The notes below the pieces were generated by a model. That model was not told where the DNA came from. It saw only the letters and a list, made by a program, of their open reading frames with translations, and did not search any database. Of a stretch of DNA of 64,000 bases, positions 8,622 through 18,556 are shown one piece after another. How positions within the stretch are numbered: position 1 is the first letter of the stretch; the number at the start of each line of letters is the position of its first letter. The position numbers and the translations under genes were made by a program. The stretch lies in assembly GCA_965207735.1 (NCBI GenBank), contig OZ242296.1, positions 1,344,001 through 1,408,000 of the forward strand, given 5' to 3'. This DNA comes from Candidatus Versatilivorator sp. Lineage in GTDB: Bacteria; Acidobacteriota; Terriglobia; Versatilivoradales; Versatilivoraceae.

Positions 8622-10148
8622 TTACACCCCGAGGTGTTTCTCCAGCGTGCTCACCAGCGTGGATAGCGTCTTTACACGAGCCCAGAGCTTGTCCTCCGCC
8701 TCCACCACCGTCCAGGGAGCGTAAGGGGTGCTGGTGCGCTCGATCATCTCCGTAACCGCCCTCCGATAGTCATTCCATCGAGTCCGATTCCTCCAGTCCT
8801 CGGAGGTCAATTTGAATCGCTTGTGCGGAGTGCGTTCCCGTGCCTGGAAGCGGCGCAGTTGCTCCTCGGGGCTCAGGTGGAGCCAGAACTTGACGCACAC
8901 CACACCCTCGGCGGTGAGGTGCCTTTCGAACTCGTTGATCTCCTGGTAGGCGCGCCGCCATTCCTCCTGGCACGCAAAGCCCTCCACCCGTTCAACCAGG
9001 ACTCGTCCATACCAGCTCCGATCGAAAATGGTCATGTGGCCGGCCTTGGGCAACTGTCTCCAGAAGCGCCAAAGGTAGTGGTGGGTCTTTTCCTCGAGGG
9101 TAGGGGCGGCAATCGGAACCACCTGGTAGCCTCTCGGATCCAGTTCCTGAGTCAGCCGCTTGATGTTGCCGCCCTTGCCCGCCGCGTCCCAGCCCTCATA
9201 GACCACGACACTCGCCACCCGCCGCCCATAACACTCGAATTCCAGATCTCTCAGCCGTTGTTGCAGTCTGGAAAGCTGCTTCTCGTAGTCTTCCCGATCC
9301 AGTCGCTTGCTCAAGTCGGACCGGTCCAGCACCGAGGGTTGGGGGTCAACCTCAATGCGGAGGCCTCGACTGCGAATCCCCTCATCGATGTCTTCCACCG
9401 TTTGCGTCGACGGTCCCATTGCCTTCAGACCGTTACCTCGCCTGGACAGATGGCCCTTCAGGACGCCAATCAGGTGTTCAAAGATCTTCACTCGGCGGTA
9501 GCGCCGGCTATGAGCTTCTACCAGCTTCCAAGGCGCATTCACCGTACTGGTCAAGGCGAGCATCTCTTCGGCGGCTTCCAGGTATTTCTTGTAGGCGCGT
9601 TCTTTCTTCCAATCCGGCTGGGTCCAGCGCCAACGCTCGAAACGATCGCTTTGCATGCTCGCAAGACGGCGCTCCTGTTCTTTTCGGCTAATGTGGAGCC
9701 AAAACTTGATCAGCGCAACGCCGTCGTCCGAAAGCTGGCGCTCGAACTCGCGAATTTCACCTCCGGCTTCCAGCGCACCACTACGGTCCAGACGCCCGTC
9801 GACGCGTTCCTCCAACATCTGTCGATACCAGGAGCGATCCCAGAACACCAGTTCACCCTTGGCGGGAAGCCGGGTCGAAAAGCGCCAGAGAAAAGGATGG
9901 AACTGCTCTTCAACCGTGGGGGCCTGGGTGGTATGGACCTTGAACCCTCTTGGGTCGAGCAGGCGTACCAGGGCATTGATGGCATCTCCCTTGCCTGCCG
10001 CGTTCCACCCCTCCAACAGGACCACAACCGGAACTCCGGCGGCTCTCATGGCATGCTGCAGGTCGCGCAACTCCTCCCTCAGCCGGGGAATAGCTTCCTG
10101 ATACTCCTCCTTGCCGATTTTCAGGTCCAGATCAAGAACTTCAAGCAT
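8622..10148 (-). CDS. pap: Polyphosphate:AMP phosphotransferase (two-domain PPK2)
   Basis: Two PPK2 domains, each with EGW(N/D)AAGKG and DRSWY motifs. Confidence 0.92.
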   Translation of the reverse strand: MLEVLDLDLKIGKEEYQEAIPRLREELRDLQHAMRAAGVPVVVLLEGWNAAGKGDAINALVRLLDPRGFKVHTTQAPTVEEQFHPFLWRFSTRLPAKGELVFWDRSWYRQMLEERVDGRLDRSGALEAGGEIREFERQLSDDGVALIKFWLHISRKEQERRLASMQSDRFERWRWTQPDWKKERAYKKYLEAAEEMLALTSTVNAPWKLVEAHSRRYRRVKIFEHLIGVLKGHLSRRGNGLKAMGPSTQTVEDIDEGIRSRGLRIEVDPQPSVLDRSDLSKRLDREDYEKQLSRLQQRLRDLEFECYGRRVASVVVYEGWDAAGKGGNIKRLTQELDPRGYQVVPIAAPTLEEKTHHYLWRFWRQLPKAGHMTIFDRSWYGRVLVERVEGFACQEEWRRAYQEINEFERHLTAEGVVCVKFWLHLSPEEQLRRFQARERTPHKRFKLTSEDWRNRTRWNDYRRAVTEMIERTSTPYAPWTVVEAEDKLWARVKTLSTLVSTLEKHLGV

Positions 10149-10159
10149 CGGTCCAGAAA

Positions 10160-10232
10160 CCCTTTGTATACCTTTGTGGATAACTCTTATCCGTTATTCG
10201 CGCCCTTGGAAGATTCCCTTTTTTTGTTCGTC
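10160..10232. repeat. Reversed module-A-type repeat fragment
   Basis: CCTTTGTGGATAACTCTTATCCGTT...CCCTTGGAAGATT aligns with 28441-28490. Confidence 0.6.
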
Positions 10233-10245
10233 GCCGAGCGACCGT

Positions 10246-10683
10246 TCAATGCAACCCCTGGACAAACTCCAGCCAGTTCCCTTCCGGATCTTGCGCATAA
10301 ACGATTCCGAGTTCGCCATTCCGGTAGGATCGAAACTTTGGCTCGGTGACGAATCGAACCCCGCGGTTTCGCAATTCGCCATGGGTCTGCCGCAGATCCT
10401 TCACATCGAAGCAGACATGACCGGCGCCGAGCTGATGTTTGTCCAGGTAACCCTGCCGGGCCGGAGGATCGACGAAATGAACCAGTTCGATCTGATGGTC
10501 TCCCGGAAAGCCCACGAAGACCAGTTGTCGATGCGCCCCGGGAATTCCGGTGTGATCCCCTTCCGGTGGAGCCAGGGAGTCGATGCGGCGCAGGACGCGC
10601 AACCCCAGGACCCGGGTGTAGAAGCGCACCATTCCCTCCAGGTCCTTGACCACGATTCCGGTGTGGTGAAATCCCTCGATCAA
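10246..10683 (-). CDS. VOC/glyoxalase family protein
   Basis: HHTGIVV, IELV, GHVCF and DPEGNWLEF motifs; AGGAGG RBS before the TTG start. Confidence 0.9.
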   Translation of the reverse strand: MIEGFHHTGIVVKDLEGMVRFYTRVLGLRVLRRIDSLAPPEGDHTGIPGAHRQLVFVGFPGDHQIELVHFVDPPARQGYLDKHQLGAGHVCFDVKDLRQTHGELRNRGVRFVTEPKFRSYRNGELGIVYAQDPEGNWLEFVQGLH

Positions 10684-10712
10684 TCGAGCCTCCTATGGGG
10701 AGCCGTCAACCC

Positions 10713-12677
10713 TCAACTGCCTCCCCTCACGGTCGAATGACTCTGTTGCGGCGAACTCAACTTGTAGAAATAACGGTCTACCAGGTGGTCGGGAGCGGGA
10801 CCGGTGGCCCTGCTGACCAGATAACCCAATCCGAAGGATACAAGCAGTCCCCACAGGTTGGGGTGGAAACCCAGCAAATCGATGCGGCTCCCCCCAAACA
10901 GCGTCGGCAGGAAGAATCCGACCATCACCACGAAGCCGCCGACCATGGCGCTCAGCGCCCCCTGTCGAGTCATTCCCTTCCAATAGAGTCCCAGCATGAT
11001 GGGACAAAGAAAGGTGGCGGCAAATCCGCTGCCGGTAAATACGATGATTCGTTGCAGAAAGTCGGGGGGCCGCGTGGCCAGCAGCGTCACCAAGATGCCC
11101 ACGATCACGGTGGTGGCGTAGCTGGCTCGCTTGACCGTTCGATCGCTGACCCGAGGGTTGATCGTACGCTGGTAAATGTCTCGCACCAGACCGGAGCTGA
11201 TCATCAGAAGAAAGCTGTCGACGGTCGACATGACGGCGGCAAAGGGGGCCGCCACCAGGACTGCTCCCAGGATCTGGTAGGCGAGCCCCATGTCCCCCAC
11301 GACTCGGGTGGCCACCAGGACCATGGCCTTGTCGGAGTTTTCGGCGTTCAACTCGGGAATGAGCACCCGGGCCGCCACGAGAATGAAGACCAGGGGCAGA
11401 TAAATCATGGAGTAGAACCCGGTGACGGTCAGGATGGCCCGCTTCAGAGTCCGGCTATCCTTGAAGGCCATCAATCGCAGCATGGTCCCGGGCTGCCCCA
11501 TGCCGGTAATGGCCCACATGAAAAAAAATGAGATGGCCATGCCCAAGGGATGAAAAGGCTCTCCCCGGGCAGAGCGGCCCGGCCCGAACAGCACCTCGTC
11601 GCCGCGCAGGAATACAAAGCGTTCCGTACCCCGGGCGCCGTCCAGGCCTACGATTCCCGTGGCTCCCCTTTCGGTCGGCTGTCCGAATCGATCGGTGACT
11701 ATCTCATTGTTGTCGTAGGGAAAGCTGACCCGGAAGCGTGGGCCCAACCTCGGGTGTTGCTCGATGGCTCCCTTGACATCGTTGCCGGTAGTGGTGGGCT
11801 GCCCATCCCCGTCGGTTGCCAGGGAGACTTCGATAAAGCGCTGCTCCGCCCCAACCCCTGGATCCCAGCGGATCTCCAGGGGTGCATTGGCTCGCTGCGG
11901 GTGACGATAGATCAGACCGGCCGTATCCAGTTGTCCCCGGGCTTGAATGACCAGGTCGTTATAGGCGCCCGGCACCGAGGTAACCAGCGTTGGCGGGCGA
12001 TCCCTGAGCTTGCGGTTGATCGACTCCATCCCTCCGCCCTGCCTGAGGACCACCGGAAGCAGTAAAGTAATGCCCAGAACCATGACGATCCCCTGCAGGA
12101 CGTCGGTCCACACGACTGCTCGAAATCCTCCATAGGCCGTGTAGAAAACCACGGTGACGGCAAAGATGACCAGCCCCGCGCTGTAACCCCAATCCGCCGG
12201 CAGGTTGAATGTCTCCTCGATGATCAAGGCGCCAGCCTTGAATTGGGCAATCAAATTGCAAACGGTAAAGAAAATGATGGTAGAGGTTGCAAAAAGCGCC
12301 AGAGCCGTCGAATCGTATCGGTCACGAAGCACGTCGGGGATGGTGATGGCTCCCGTCTTGCGGGCCACCTGGTTCAACCGCTTCCCCAGCACCCCCATGC
12401 TGCACACTCCGGCAACCATGTAGCTTGCAATCCAGAAGGCCAGCACCCAGCCATAGCTGTATATCAGGGAGGGGAATCCGGTGAAGCTCCCACCGGAAGC
12501 CGCCGTGGCCGCAAAGGTGAAGGCCAGGGCCCAGCTTCCGAGCCCCCGGCTCCCCAGAAAATATTCACCCAGGAAAGACTTGGTCGCCAGCAGACGATGG
12601 GAGAGCCCCGCCAGCACAAACACACAGGCGATGTAGGCCACAAAGGTGATGATGGTGGCCGGACTGGTCTCGGTCAT
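10713..12677 (-). CDS. Sodium:solute symporter (PanF/PutP-like) with a ~130-aa inserted extracytoplasmic domain
   Basis: EYFLGSR, SGGSFTGFP, GGFRAVVWTD and AAVMSTVDSFLL motifs of the SSS family. Confidence 0.9.
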   Translation of the reverse strand: MTETSPATIITFVAYIACVFVLAGLSHRLLATKSFLGEYFLGSRGLGSWALAFTFAATAASGGSFTGFPSLIYSYGWVLAFWIASYMVAGVCSMGVLGKRLNQVARKTGAITIPDVLRDRYDSTALALFATSTIIFFTVCNLIAQFKAGALIIEETFNLPADWGYSAGLVIFAVTVVFYTAYGGFRAVVWTDVLQGIVMVLGITLLLPVVLRQGGGMESINRKLRDRPPTLVTSVPGAYNDLVIQARGQLDTAGLIYRHPQRANAPLEIRWDPGVGAEQRFIEVSLATDGDGQPTTTGNDVKGAIEQHPRLGPRFRVSFPYDNNEIVTDRFGQPTERGATGIVGLDGARGTERFVFLRGDEVLFGPGRSARGEPFHPLGMAISFFFMWAITGMGQPGTMLRLMAFKDSRTLKRAILTVTGFYSMIYLPLVFILVAARVLIPELNAENSDKAMVLVATRVVGDMGLAYQILGAVLVAAPFAAVMSTVDSFLLMISSGLVRDIYQRTINPRVSDRTVKRASYATTVIVGILVTLLATRPPDFLQRIIVFTGSGFAATFLCPIMLGLYWKGMTRQGALSAMVGGFVVMVGFFLPTLFGGSRIDLLGFHPNLWGLLVSFGLGYLVSRATGPAPDHLVDRYFYKLSSPQQSHSTVRGGS

Positions 12678-13060
12678 GGATTTTCCCCGGCTCGTCCCGC
12701 TCCGCTCAAGTCATCCTCCACAAAAAAATAGAAGCAGTAGAGCACGGTGATGACCACTGCCACCACCCAGGGCACAATCACCCCAAAAAACACCCAGTCC
12801 GGCACACCCAATCCGAACGGGGTGGTCAGGGACTGAGGATGCCTGTCAAACGCGGTCAAGGGTCCGACCAGCTTACCGATGGAGGGCCCGGTGGCGTTGG
12901 GGTGGGGTTCGTGCACCAGGTAGCCGGCGAGGTAACAGTAGGCCACCGTGTACAGGCAACAGGCTAGCCACAGGAGGAGGAGGAAGACACATTCCCGAAG
13001 CGAGTTGCGAAAGACCGGATCCACCGTCTTCCGCGGCTGGATTGAATCGGAGGTCACCAA
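12674..13060 (-). CDS. Small two-TM SSS-associated protein (DUF997/YhdT-like)
   Basis: Two hydrophobic segments, G-x-P-x-W motif, C-terminal EDDL; ATGA overlap with the symporter. Confidence 0.75.
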   Translation of the reverse strand: MVTSDSIQPRKTVDPVFRNSLRECVFLLLLWLACCLYTVAYCYLAGYLVHEPHPNATGPSIGKLVGPLTAFDRHPQSLTTPFGLGVPDWVFFGVIVPWVVAVVITVLYCFYFFVEDDLSGAGRAGENP

Positions 13061-13339
13061 GTATCACCTTGGCCGGCAGCCTCCAGGCTCGAGTCGGCCG
13101 AATTCACCGCCGGGGAGATCGCGGATGGAAATGCCATCAACTGCAAGGGTTGGGTCGGAATGGCTCAACGCCGGTGGTGAGAGGGCTCCTTGCACCCATA
13201 TAACAGGCTACGGGAGCAAGAATCCAATCGATCCAACAAGGGCAACCGCCAAGCCTGCCGAACAAGGTACTACTGCTTTTCACCATGCCACTAGCGACCC
13301 GGTGAGAAATGCGGGCCGGCAACAGCCGGCGACCCGCAC

Positions 13340-13368
13340 ACTCTACCACGAAACCCCCGGCCGTTGAA
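13340..13368 (-). promoter_or_regulatory. Candidate sigma70 promoter for the DUF997-symporter operon
   Basis: TTCAAC-N17-TAGAGT with an extended TGn on the minus strand. Confidence 0.35.
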
Positions 13369-13505
13369 GACCCGGTCCGGGCACGGAACATGCCTCCCTC
13401 CGCGACCCTCTCAACGGCCTGCGGATCCCGACCCGGAGGCGATTCGAGAGCGGTTTCCGTTGCAGTCCGCCCGAACCGTCCCGAGCTGAAACCCTTCGAC
13501 CCACC

Positions 13506-13534
13506 TTGACATCTGCGCCTTTTTTGTCAATGAT
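13506..13534 (+). promoter_or_regulatory. Candidate promoter/operator upstream of hppA
   Basis: Perfect TTGACA, which also forms the inverted repeat TTGACA-N13-TGTCAA; weak -10 (AATGAT) at 17 bp. Confidence 0.4.
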
Positions 13535-13776
13535 CCATCCCGGCTAAGGCGACCGAGGGCGCCACGGAACGACCGCCGTCCATAGAGAACCCGGAATTCC
13601 CGCCCGCGCGATCAAGCCCAGCTGTAGCAAACCTCAAACCGGCTGCGCCCCACCCTGAAATCCACGGTATCCCGGGGCGCCGCATTCCCCTTATGCGACG
13701 CCGACCTGCGAACTTTCCCGAGGCGGTTGCGTTCGGAATTGATTCTTGGAGCCCATTTGAATGAGGAGTTGATTGG

Positions 13777-15909
13777 ATGATGCAAACTTGGATGACCTAC
13801 TTTCCGATTGCAGGACTCATTGGGTTGGCCGTTGCCATGGTCATATTTATTTCCCTCAAGCGATTGCCGGCCGGCAGCGAGTTGATGCGCGGTATTTCAG
13901 ACCAGATCCAAATTGGCGCCATGACTTACCTGAAGCGCCAATATCTGACTCTTTTCTTCTTTGTCACCATTGTCGCCGTCCTTCTGGGCCTGTTCTTGAA
14001 GTGGGACACTTCGCTTGCCTTTGTTTCAGGCGCTCTCTGCTCGGCATTGGCAGGCTTCCTGGGAATGAGGGCGGCCACCAGCGCCAACGTCAGGACCACC
14101 CAGGCGGCCAAGGAGGAGGGACAGGGCAAGGCGTTGCTCACCGCCTTTAACGGCGGCGCCGTCATGGGAGTGAGTGTCGCCAGCCTGGGATTGATCGGCC
14201 TGGGCGTGCTGTTTCTGATCTATGGAAAGCCGGAAACCGCCAGCGTCATCAACGGATTTGCCATGGGAGCCAGCTCCATTGCGCTGTTTGCTCGAGTCGG
14301 AGGTGGAATCTATACCAAGGCAGCCGATGTTGGAGCCGACCTGGTGGGAAAGGTGGAGGCCAATATCCCGGAGGACGATCCAAGAAACCCCGGCGTGATT
14401 GCCGACAACGTCGGTGACAACGTGGGGGACGTGGCCGGCATGGGAGCGGACATTTTCGAGTCCTATGTCGGTTCGATCGTGGCGACCATTGCTATCGGAG
14501 CCACCCTGGCCACCGAAAAGCTGGCATCCCTGAAAGCAACGCCTCAGGTGAGCGACTCGGAAGCCACCACCATCCTGATGGCCCTGCCATTGATGCTGGC
14601 GGTCACCGGCCTGATTGCCTCCTTCGTAGGCATCTTCTCCATGAAGGCCCTCAAACGGATCTCCCCCGCCTCGGCGCTTCGCTACGCGACCTATATCGCG
14701 GCTGCCCTGTTCCTGTTGAGCGCCTACGGCCTGGTCTCGACCTATGCCGTGAGCGACCAGGTATTCTGGGCGATCCTTTGGGGCACCCTGGCCGGCATCT
14801 TCATTGGGTTGATTACCGAGTACTACACCTCCGGTAAACCCATTCGAAGAATCTGCGACTCCAGCAAACAGGGGGCGGCAACCAACATCATCAGCGGCAT
14901 GGCGGTGGGTCTGGAGTCCACCGCGTTGCCGGTCCTGGCGATTTGCCTGGCCATCTACATCGCCAATGACACCGCCGGCCTCTACGGGGTCGGGATTGCC
15001 GCGGTCGGGATGCTGGCAACCGTGGGCATCACCATGTCCGTCGACGCCTACGGGCCCATCGCGGACAATGCCGGGGGCATATCGGAGATGTCGCGCCTGG
15101 GGCCCGAGGTGCGCAAGATCACCGACAGCCTGGACGCCCTGGGGAACACGACAGCGGCCATGGGCAAGGGTTTTGCCGTGGGTTCGGCCGCCCTTACGGC
15201 ACTGGCGCTGTTTGCCGCCTACTCTCAGGCAGTGGTTGGTGCGATCCAGAGCAAACTGGAGGCACTGACGAGCGCACAAACGGAACTCACCGGTCAATGG
15301 ATGCAGTATGCACACCGGCTGGCCGAAGGAGAGACACCGCTCCGGATCGTGATCACCGAGCCTACGGTGGTGATCGGACTCTTCATCGGTGGAATTCTAC
15401 CCTTCTTGATTGGTGCTCTCACCATGACTTCAGTCGGAAAGGCCGCAGGCAATATGGTCGAGGAGATTCGCCGCCAGTTCCGGGAAATCCCGGGCCTGCT
15501 GGAAGGCAAGGAAGGGGTGGTTCCCGACGCTGCCCGGTGCGTGGATATCTCCGCCAGCGCAGCACTGCGCGAGATGATCGTTCCCGGAGTCACCGCGGTG
15601 GTGGCTCCGGTGATCGTCGGCTTTCTGCTGGGACCGGAAGCTCTGGGAGGCATGCTGGCCGGGGCTACCGTTTCGGGGGTGTTGCTGGCGTTAATGATGG
15701 CCAACGCCGGAGGAGCCTGGGACAACGCCAAGAAGGCCATCGAGAAAGGCGACGTGGCCGGAGAACAGAAGGGCAGCGATGCTCACAAGGCCACGGTGGT
15801 GGGAGATACGGTGGGAGATCCCTTCAAGGACACTTCCGGACCCTCCATGAATATCCTGATCAAGCTGATGTCGGTGGTGTCCCTGGTGATCGCCCCCCTA
15901 CTGGTCTAA
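13777..15909 (+). CDS. hppA: Membrane-bound pyrophosphatase, K+-dependent type (probably Na+-translocating)
   Basis: [26 protein letters not shown] (Ala indicates K+ dependence) and [10 protein letters not shown] motifs. Confidence 0.95.
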   Translation: MMQTWMTYFPIAGLIGLAVAMVIFISLKRLPAGSELMRGISDQIQIGAMTYLKRQYLTLFFFVTIVAVLLGLFLKWDTSLAFVSGALCSALAGFLGMRAATSANVRTTQAAKEEGQGKALLTAFNGGAVMGVSVASLGLIGLGVLFLIYGKPETASVINGFAMGASSIALFARVGGGIYTKAADVGADLVGKVEANIPEDDPRNPGVIADNVGDNVGDVAGMGADIFESYVGSIVATIAIGATLATEKLASLKATPQVSDSEATTILMALPLMLAVTGLIASFVGIFSMKALKRISPASALRYATYIAAALFLLSAYGLVSTYAVSDQVFWAILWGTLAGIFIGLITEYYTSGKPIRRICDSSKQGAATNIISGMAVGLESTALPVLAICLAIYIANDTAGLYGVGIAAVGMLATVGITMSVDAYGPIADNAGGISEMSRLGPEVRKITDSLDALGNTTAAMGKGFAVGSAALTALALFAAYSQAVVGAIQSKLEALTSAQTELTGQWMQYAHRLAEGETPLRIVITEPTVVIGLFIGGILPFLIGALTMTSVGKAAGNMVEEIRRQFREIPGLLEGKEGVVPDAARCVDISASAALREMIVPGVTAVVAPVIVGFLLGPEALGGMLAGATVSGVLLALMMANAGGAWDNAKKAIEKGDVAGEQKGSDAHKATVVGDTVGDPFKDTSGPSMNILIKLMSVVSLVIAPLLV

Positions 15910-15945
15910 CCCAAAGCGCGCCCCTCGTCGCCCGGGGGGGGCGGC

Positions 15946-15976
15946 TTGACGCCCGAGTCGGTCGCGTGTATAAAAT
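15946..15976 (+). promoter_or_regulatory. Sigma70 promoter of tRNA-Cys
   Basis: TTGACG-N17-TATAAA(AT) about 27 nt upstream of the tRNA. Confidence 0.6.
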
Positions 15977-16002
15977 GCGGCCAGTGCTGGGGTTTGCGAT
16001 CA

Positions 16003-16078
16003 GGCGAGGTACCCAAGTGGCTAAGGGAGAGGTCTGCAAAACCTTTATTCAGGGGTTCGAATCCCCTCCTCGCCTCCA
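16003..16078 (+). tRNA. tRNA-Cys(GCA)
   Basis: GGCGAGG/CCTCGCC acceptor stem, CT-GCA-AA anticodon loop, GTTCGAATC T-loop, U discriminator, encoded CCA. Confidence 0.97.
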
Positions 16079-16104
16079 GACTCTCCTTTCTTCGACTCCG
16101 CATT

Positions 16105-16240
16105 ATCAAGAAATTCGTTTTGTGACTCTTGTGCTTTTTGTGGTGAATCCGCATTACTTGCCAGACCGCACCCGATATTGAAAACGGCAGGACATCACGT
16201 TTGCCGGCAAAATGACCTGCCCCTGCCAATTGTGCAAAAA
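16105..16240. repeat. Module C right half (dispersed repeat)
   Basis: Aligns with 25573-25699, e.g. ATCAAGAAATTCGTTTTGTG and ATCACGTTTGCCGGCAAAATGACCTGCCCC. Confidence 0.9.
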
Positions 16241-16311
16241 GCTCGGTCTGTCAGCGGAGTTGCAACTTGTCTGATGTCATCAGCGGAATAGCGCGGGGAG
16301 ACGCGGCTTTC

Positions 16312-17316
16312 TCCCACCGAACAGTCGTTCTGGCAGCTCGCCCCCCAGGGCATGCCCAAGTTGTCGGATTTTGAACTGGTCACCTCCCAACTTCCGGCTC
16401 CCGGCCCGGGACAATGCCTCGTCCGCGGGCTCTACCTCTCCCTCGATCCCTATATGCGCGGGCGCATGGACGACCGTAAATCCTATGCGGAATCGGTGCA
16501 GGTGGGGCAGGCGATGATCGGTCAGGTCGTGGGGAGGGTGGTGGTCTCGCAGCATCCGGGCCTTCAGCCCGGAGATCCGGTAGTGGGAGATTTGGGTTGG
16601 CAGGAGCTCGCAGTCGCGCCGGCCGAGTCGTTGACCCGAGTGAACCGGAACAGGAATCGCTTTCCACGGCTCTGGGCATCCTGGGGATGACCGGCCTGAC
16701 GGCCTACTTTGGGCTGCTGCACGTGTGCCAGCCGCACGCGGGAGAAACGGTGGTGATCTCGGGAGCCGCCGGAGCGGTTGGATCCACCGTCGGACAGATT
16801 GCCAAGATCAAGGGATGCCGCGTGGTTGCTGTGACAGGCTCTCAAACCAAGGCGCGCTACCTCAAGGAGCAGATGGGATTCGATGAGGCGCTGGTGTGGG
16901 ATTCGGAGCCCAGTGGCCCGAGCCGCCTGGCGGCCCACTGCCCCGACGGCATCGATGTCTACTTCGACAACCTGGGCGGCGCGGTCACCGATGCGGTGGT
17001 GACGCTGCTCAACCTGAAGGCTCGGGTGGCCATCTGCGGGCAGAGTTCTCAATACAACCTGGATCGTGCCGAGCAAGGGCCGCGCTGGTTGCGAAACCTG
17101 ATTATCAAGCGGGCCAGGATCCAAGGGTTTCTGGTGTGGGACTTTGTGTCACAGCATCCTCAAGCCTTGCGGCAGCTGCGGGACTGGCGCAGTTCCGGCA
17201 AGCTACGCAACCGGGAGCACGTGGTTGAGGGTATCGAAAACGCCCCCGGCGCCTTCATCGAGATGCTGGAGGGCCGTCACCTGGGAAAGTACCTGGTCCG
17301 GCTGTCTCCGGAGTGA
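16312..17316 (+). pseudogene. NADP-dependent oxidoreductase (prostaglandin reductase/CurA-like MDR) with two frameshifts
   Basis: HRTVVLAARP (frame of 16597), then QGMP...LSLDPYMRGRM (frame of 16352), then PEQESLSTALGILGMTGLTAY...GAAGAVG (frame of 16597); extra C at 16341-16346, missing C near 16645; no clear start codon. Confidence 0.75.
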
Positions 17317-17459
17317 TCGCCCATGACTGGGACGACCAAGCCAAATGGCACCGCTGCATGGAGCTGTTGGCCAACCAGGTGGTTCCGGCGCTCTCCCGCT
17401 GATTCCCTTGCCTGGTGTCCTGTCTCGGAAATACGAACCGTGATACCCGAACGACAGGG

Positions 17460-18245
17460 TCAGGACATGACCATGCCGCCGCAAATGTTGAAGGCTTGCC
17501 CGGTAATGGCGGCCGACTCGTCAGAGGCCAGCAGTACCGCCATCGGAACGATTTCCTCAGGTTGCAGCCGCCTCCCGATTGGAGTGAGACCCGCCTCCAG
17601 TTCCGCGAACTCGATTCCCATGCGCTGGGAGTCATAGCGGATTCGTCGATCGTTCATCTCGGTCTGCACGGGACCGGGACAGATGGCGTTGACCGTGATG
17701 CCCTCCTTGGCTATTTCCAGGGCCAGGGTGCGGGTGAGCCCCAGCAGCCCGTGCTTGGAGGCTGCGTAGGCCACTCCGTGGAATTGAGGCATCCTGGAGG
17801 CTATCGAGGCGATGTTGACGATGCGGCCCCGCTTCCTCTTGGCCATGGACGGCAGAACCGCCTTGCACAGCAGGTAGGGAGCGGTCAGGTTCAGGGCCAG
17901 AGAACGATGCCAGAACTCGTCGTCAAAATCGCTGACCGGCTTGGGATTCGAGCTGCTGCCCAACCCGGCGTTGTTGACCAGGATGTCCAGGCTTCCAAAT
18001 TCCTTTTCGGCCAGGCCGACCAAGCCCGGGACTGTGGACAAATCCAGCAGGTCGGCCGGAATGGCCACGGCTTCCCCTCCTGAAGCCCGAATCTCATGAA
18101 CCAGTGAATCCAGATCTTGCACGGTTCGGGCCGTGACGGCCACCCGGGCGCCTTGGGCGGCAAATCCCAGGGCGATGGATCGCCCGATGCCGCGGCTGGC
18201 TCCGGTGATCAGAGCGGTCTTGTCTTTCAACTTGAGTGATTCCAT
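17460..18245 (-). CDS. Short-chain dehydrogenase/reductase
   Basis: TGASRGIG, NNAG, YAASK and NAICPG motifs. Confidence 0.93.
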   Translation of the reverse strand: MESLKLKDKTALITGASRGIGRSIALGFAAQGARVAVTARTVQDLDSLVHEIRASGGEAVAIPADLLDLSTVPGLVGLAEKEFGSLDILVNNAGLGSSSNPKPVSDFDDEFWHRSLALNLTAPYLLCKAVLPSMAKRKRGRIVNIASIASRMPQFHGVAYAASKHGLLGLTRTLALEIAKEGITVNAICPGPVQTEMNDRRIRYDSQRMGIEFAELEAGLTPIGRRLQPEEIVPMAVLLASDESAAITGQAFNICGGMVMS

Positions 18246-18488
18246 CGGTTGGATCCTTTCCTGATTTTCAGCCTGATTGGTGGAGTGGAAAGAATACCCT
18301 CAAGCAGGCTTCCTTTCAATCGGAGGAAACGGGTCTGTTTCGACTCTCCAACCCCATCGGGCCTCGGCCGGTCCAGATATCCCAGGCTGTCCCTCGGGAG
18401 TAGAGTCCTGCACGATAACCGGCGCCATGGGGCTTCCTGCAAGGGTTCTCAACCCGCTGTCTCAAGGACCCGGAACCAGCACAAATCC

Positions 18489-18517
18489 TTGACATTGATG
18501 GCAAAAGGGGCTAGGTT
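18489..18517 (+). promoter_or_regulatory. Candidate sigma70 promoter of the msbA-yicC-gmk operon
   Basis: TTGACA-N17-TAGGTT, 40 nt upstream of ATG 18557. Confidence 0.5.
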
Positions 18518-18556
18518 GGCGCGACCCGGCAATCGGAGGGCTGGAGACCATCCGGA

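Noticed and set aside
10175-10183. DnaA box TGTGGATAA / oriC
   Set aside because: It is a single box embedded in the module-A-type repeat (TTATCCACG in other copies); there is no dnaA context or unwinding element.
8823-10349. 508-aa plus-strand ORF
   Set aside because: Antisense shadow of the PPK2 gene, with no recognisable motifs.
13430-13500. c-di-AMP riboswitch upstream of hppA
   Set aside because: Only a loose CCCGAACC...AGCT resemblance; the rest of the consensus is missing and it lies upstream of the candidate promoter.
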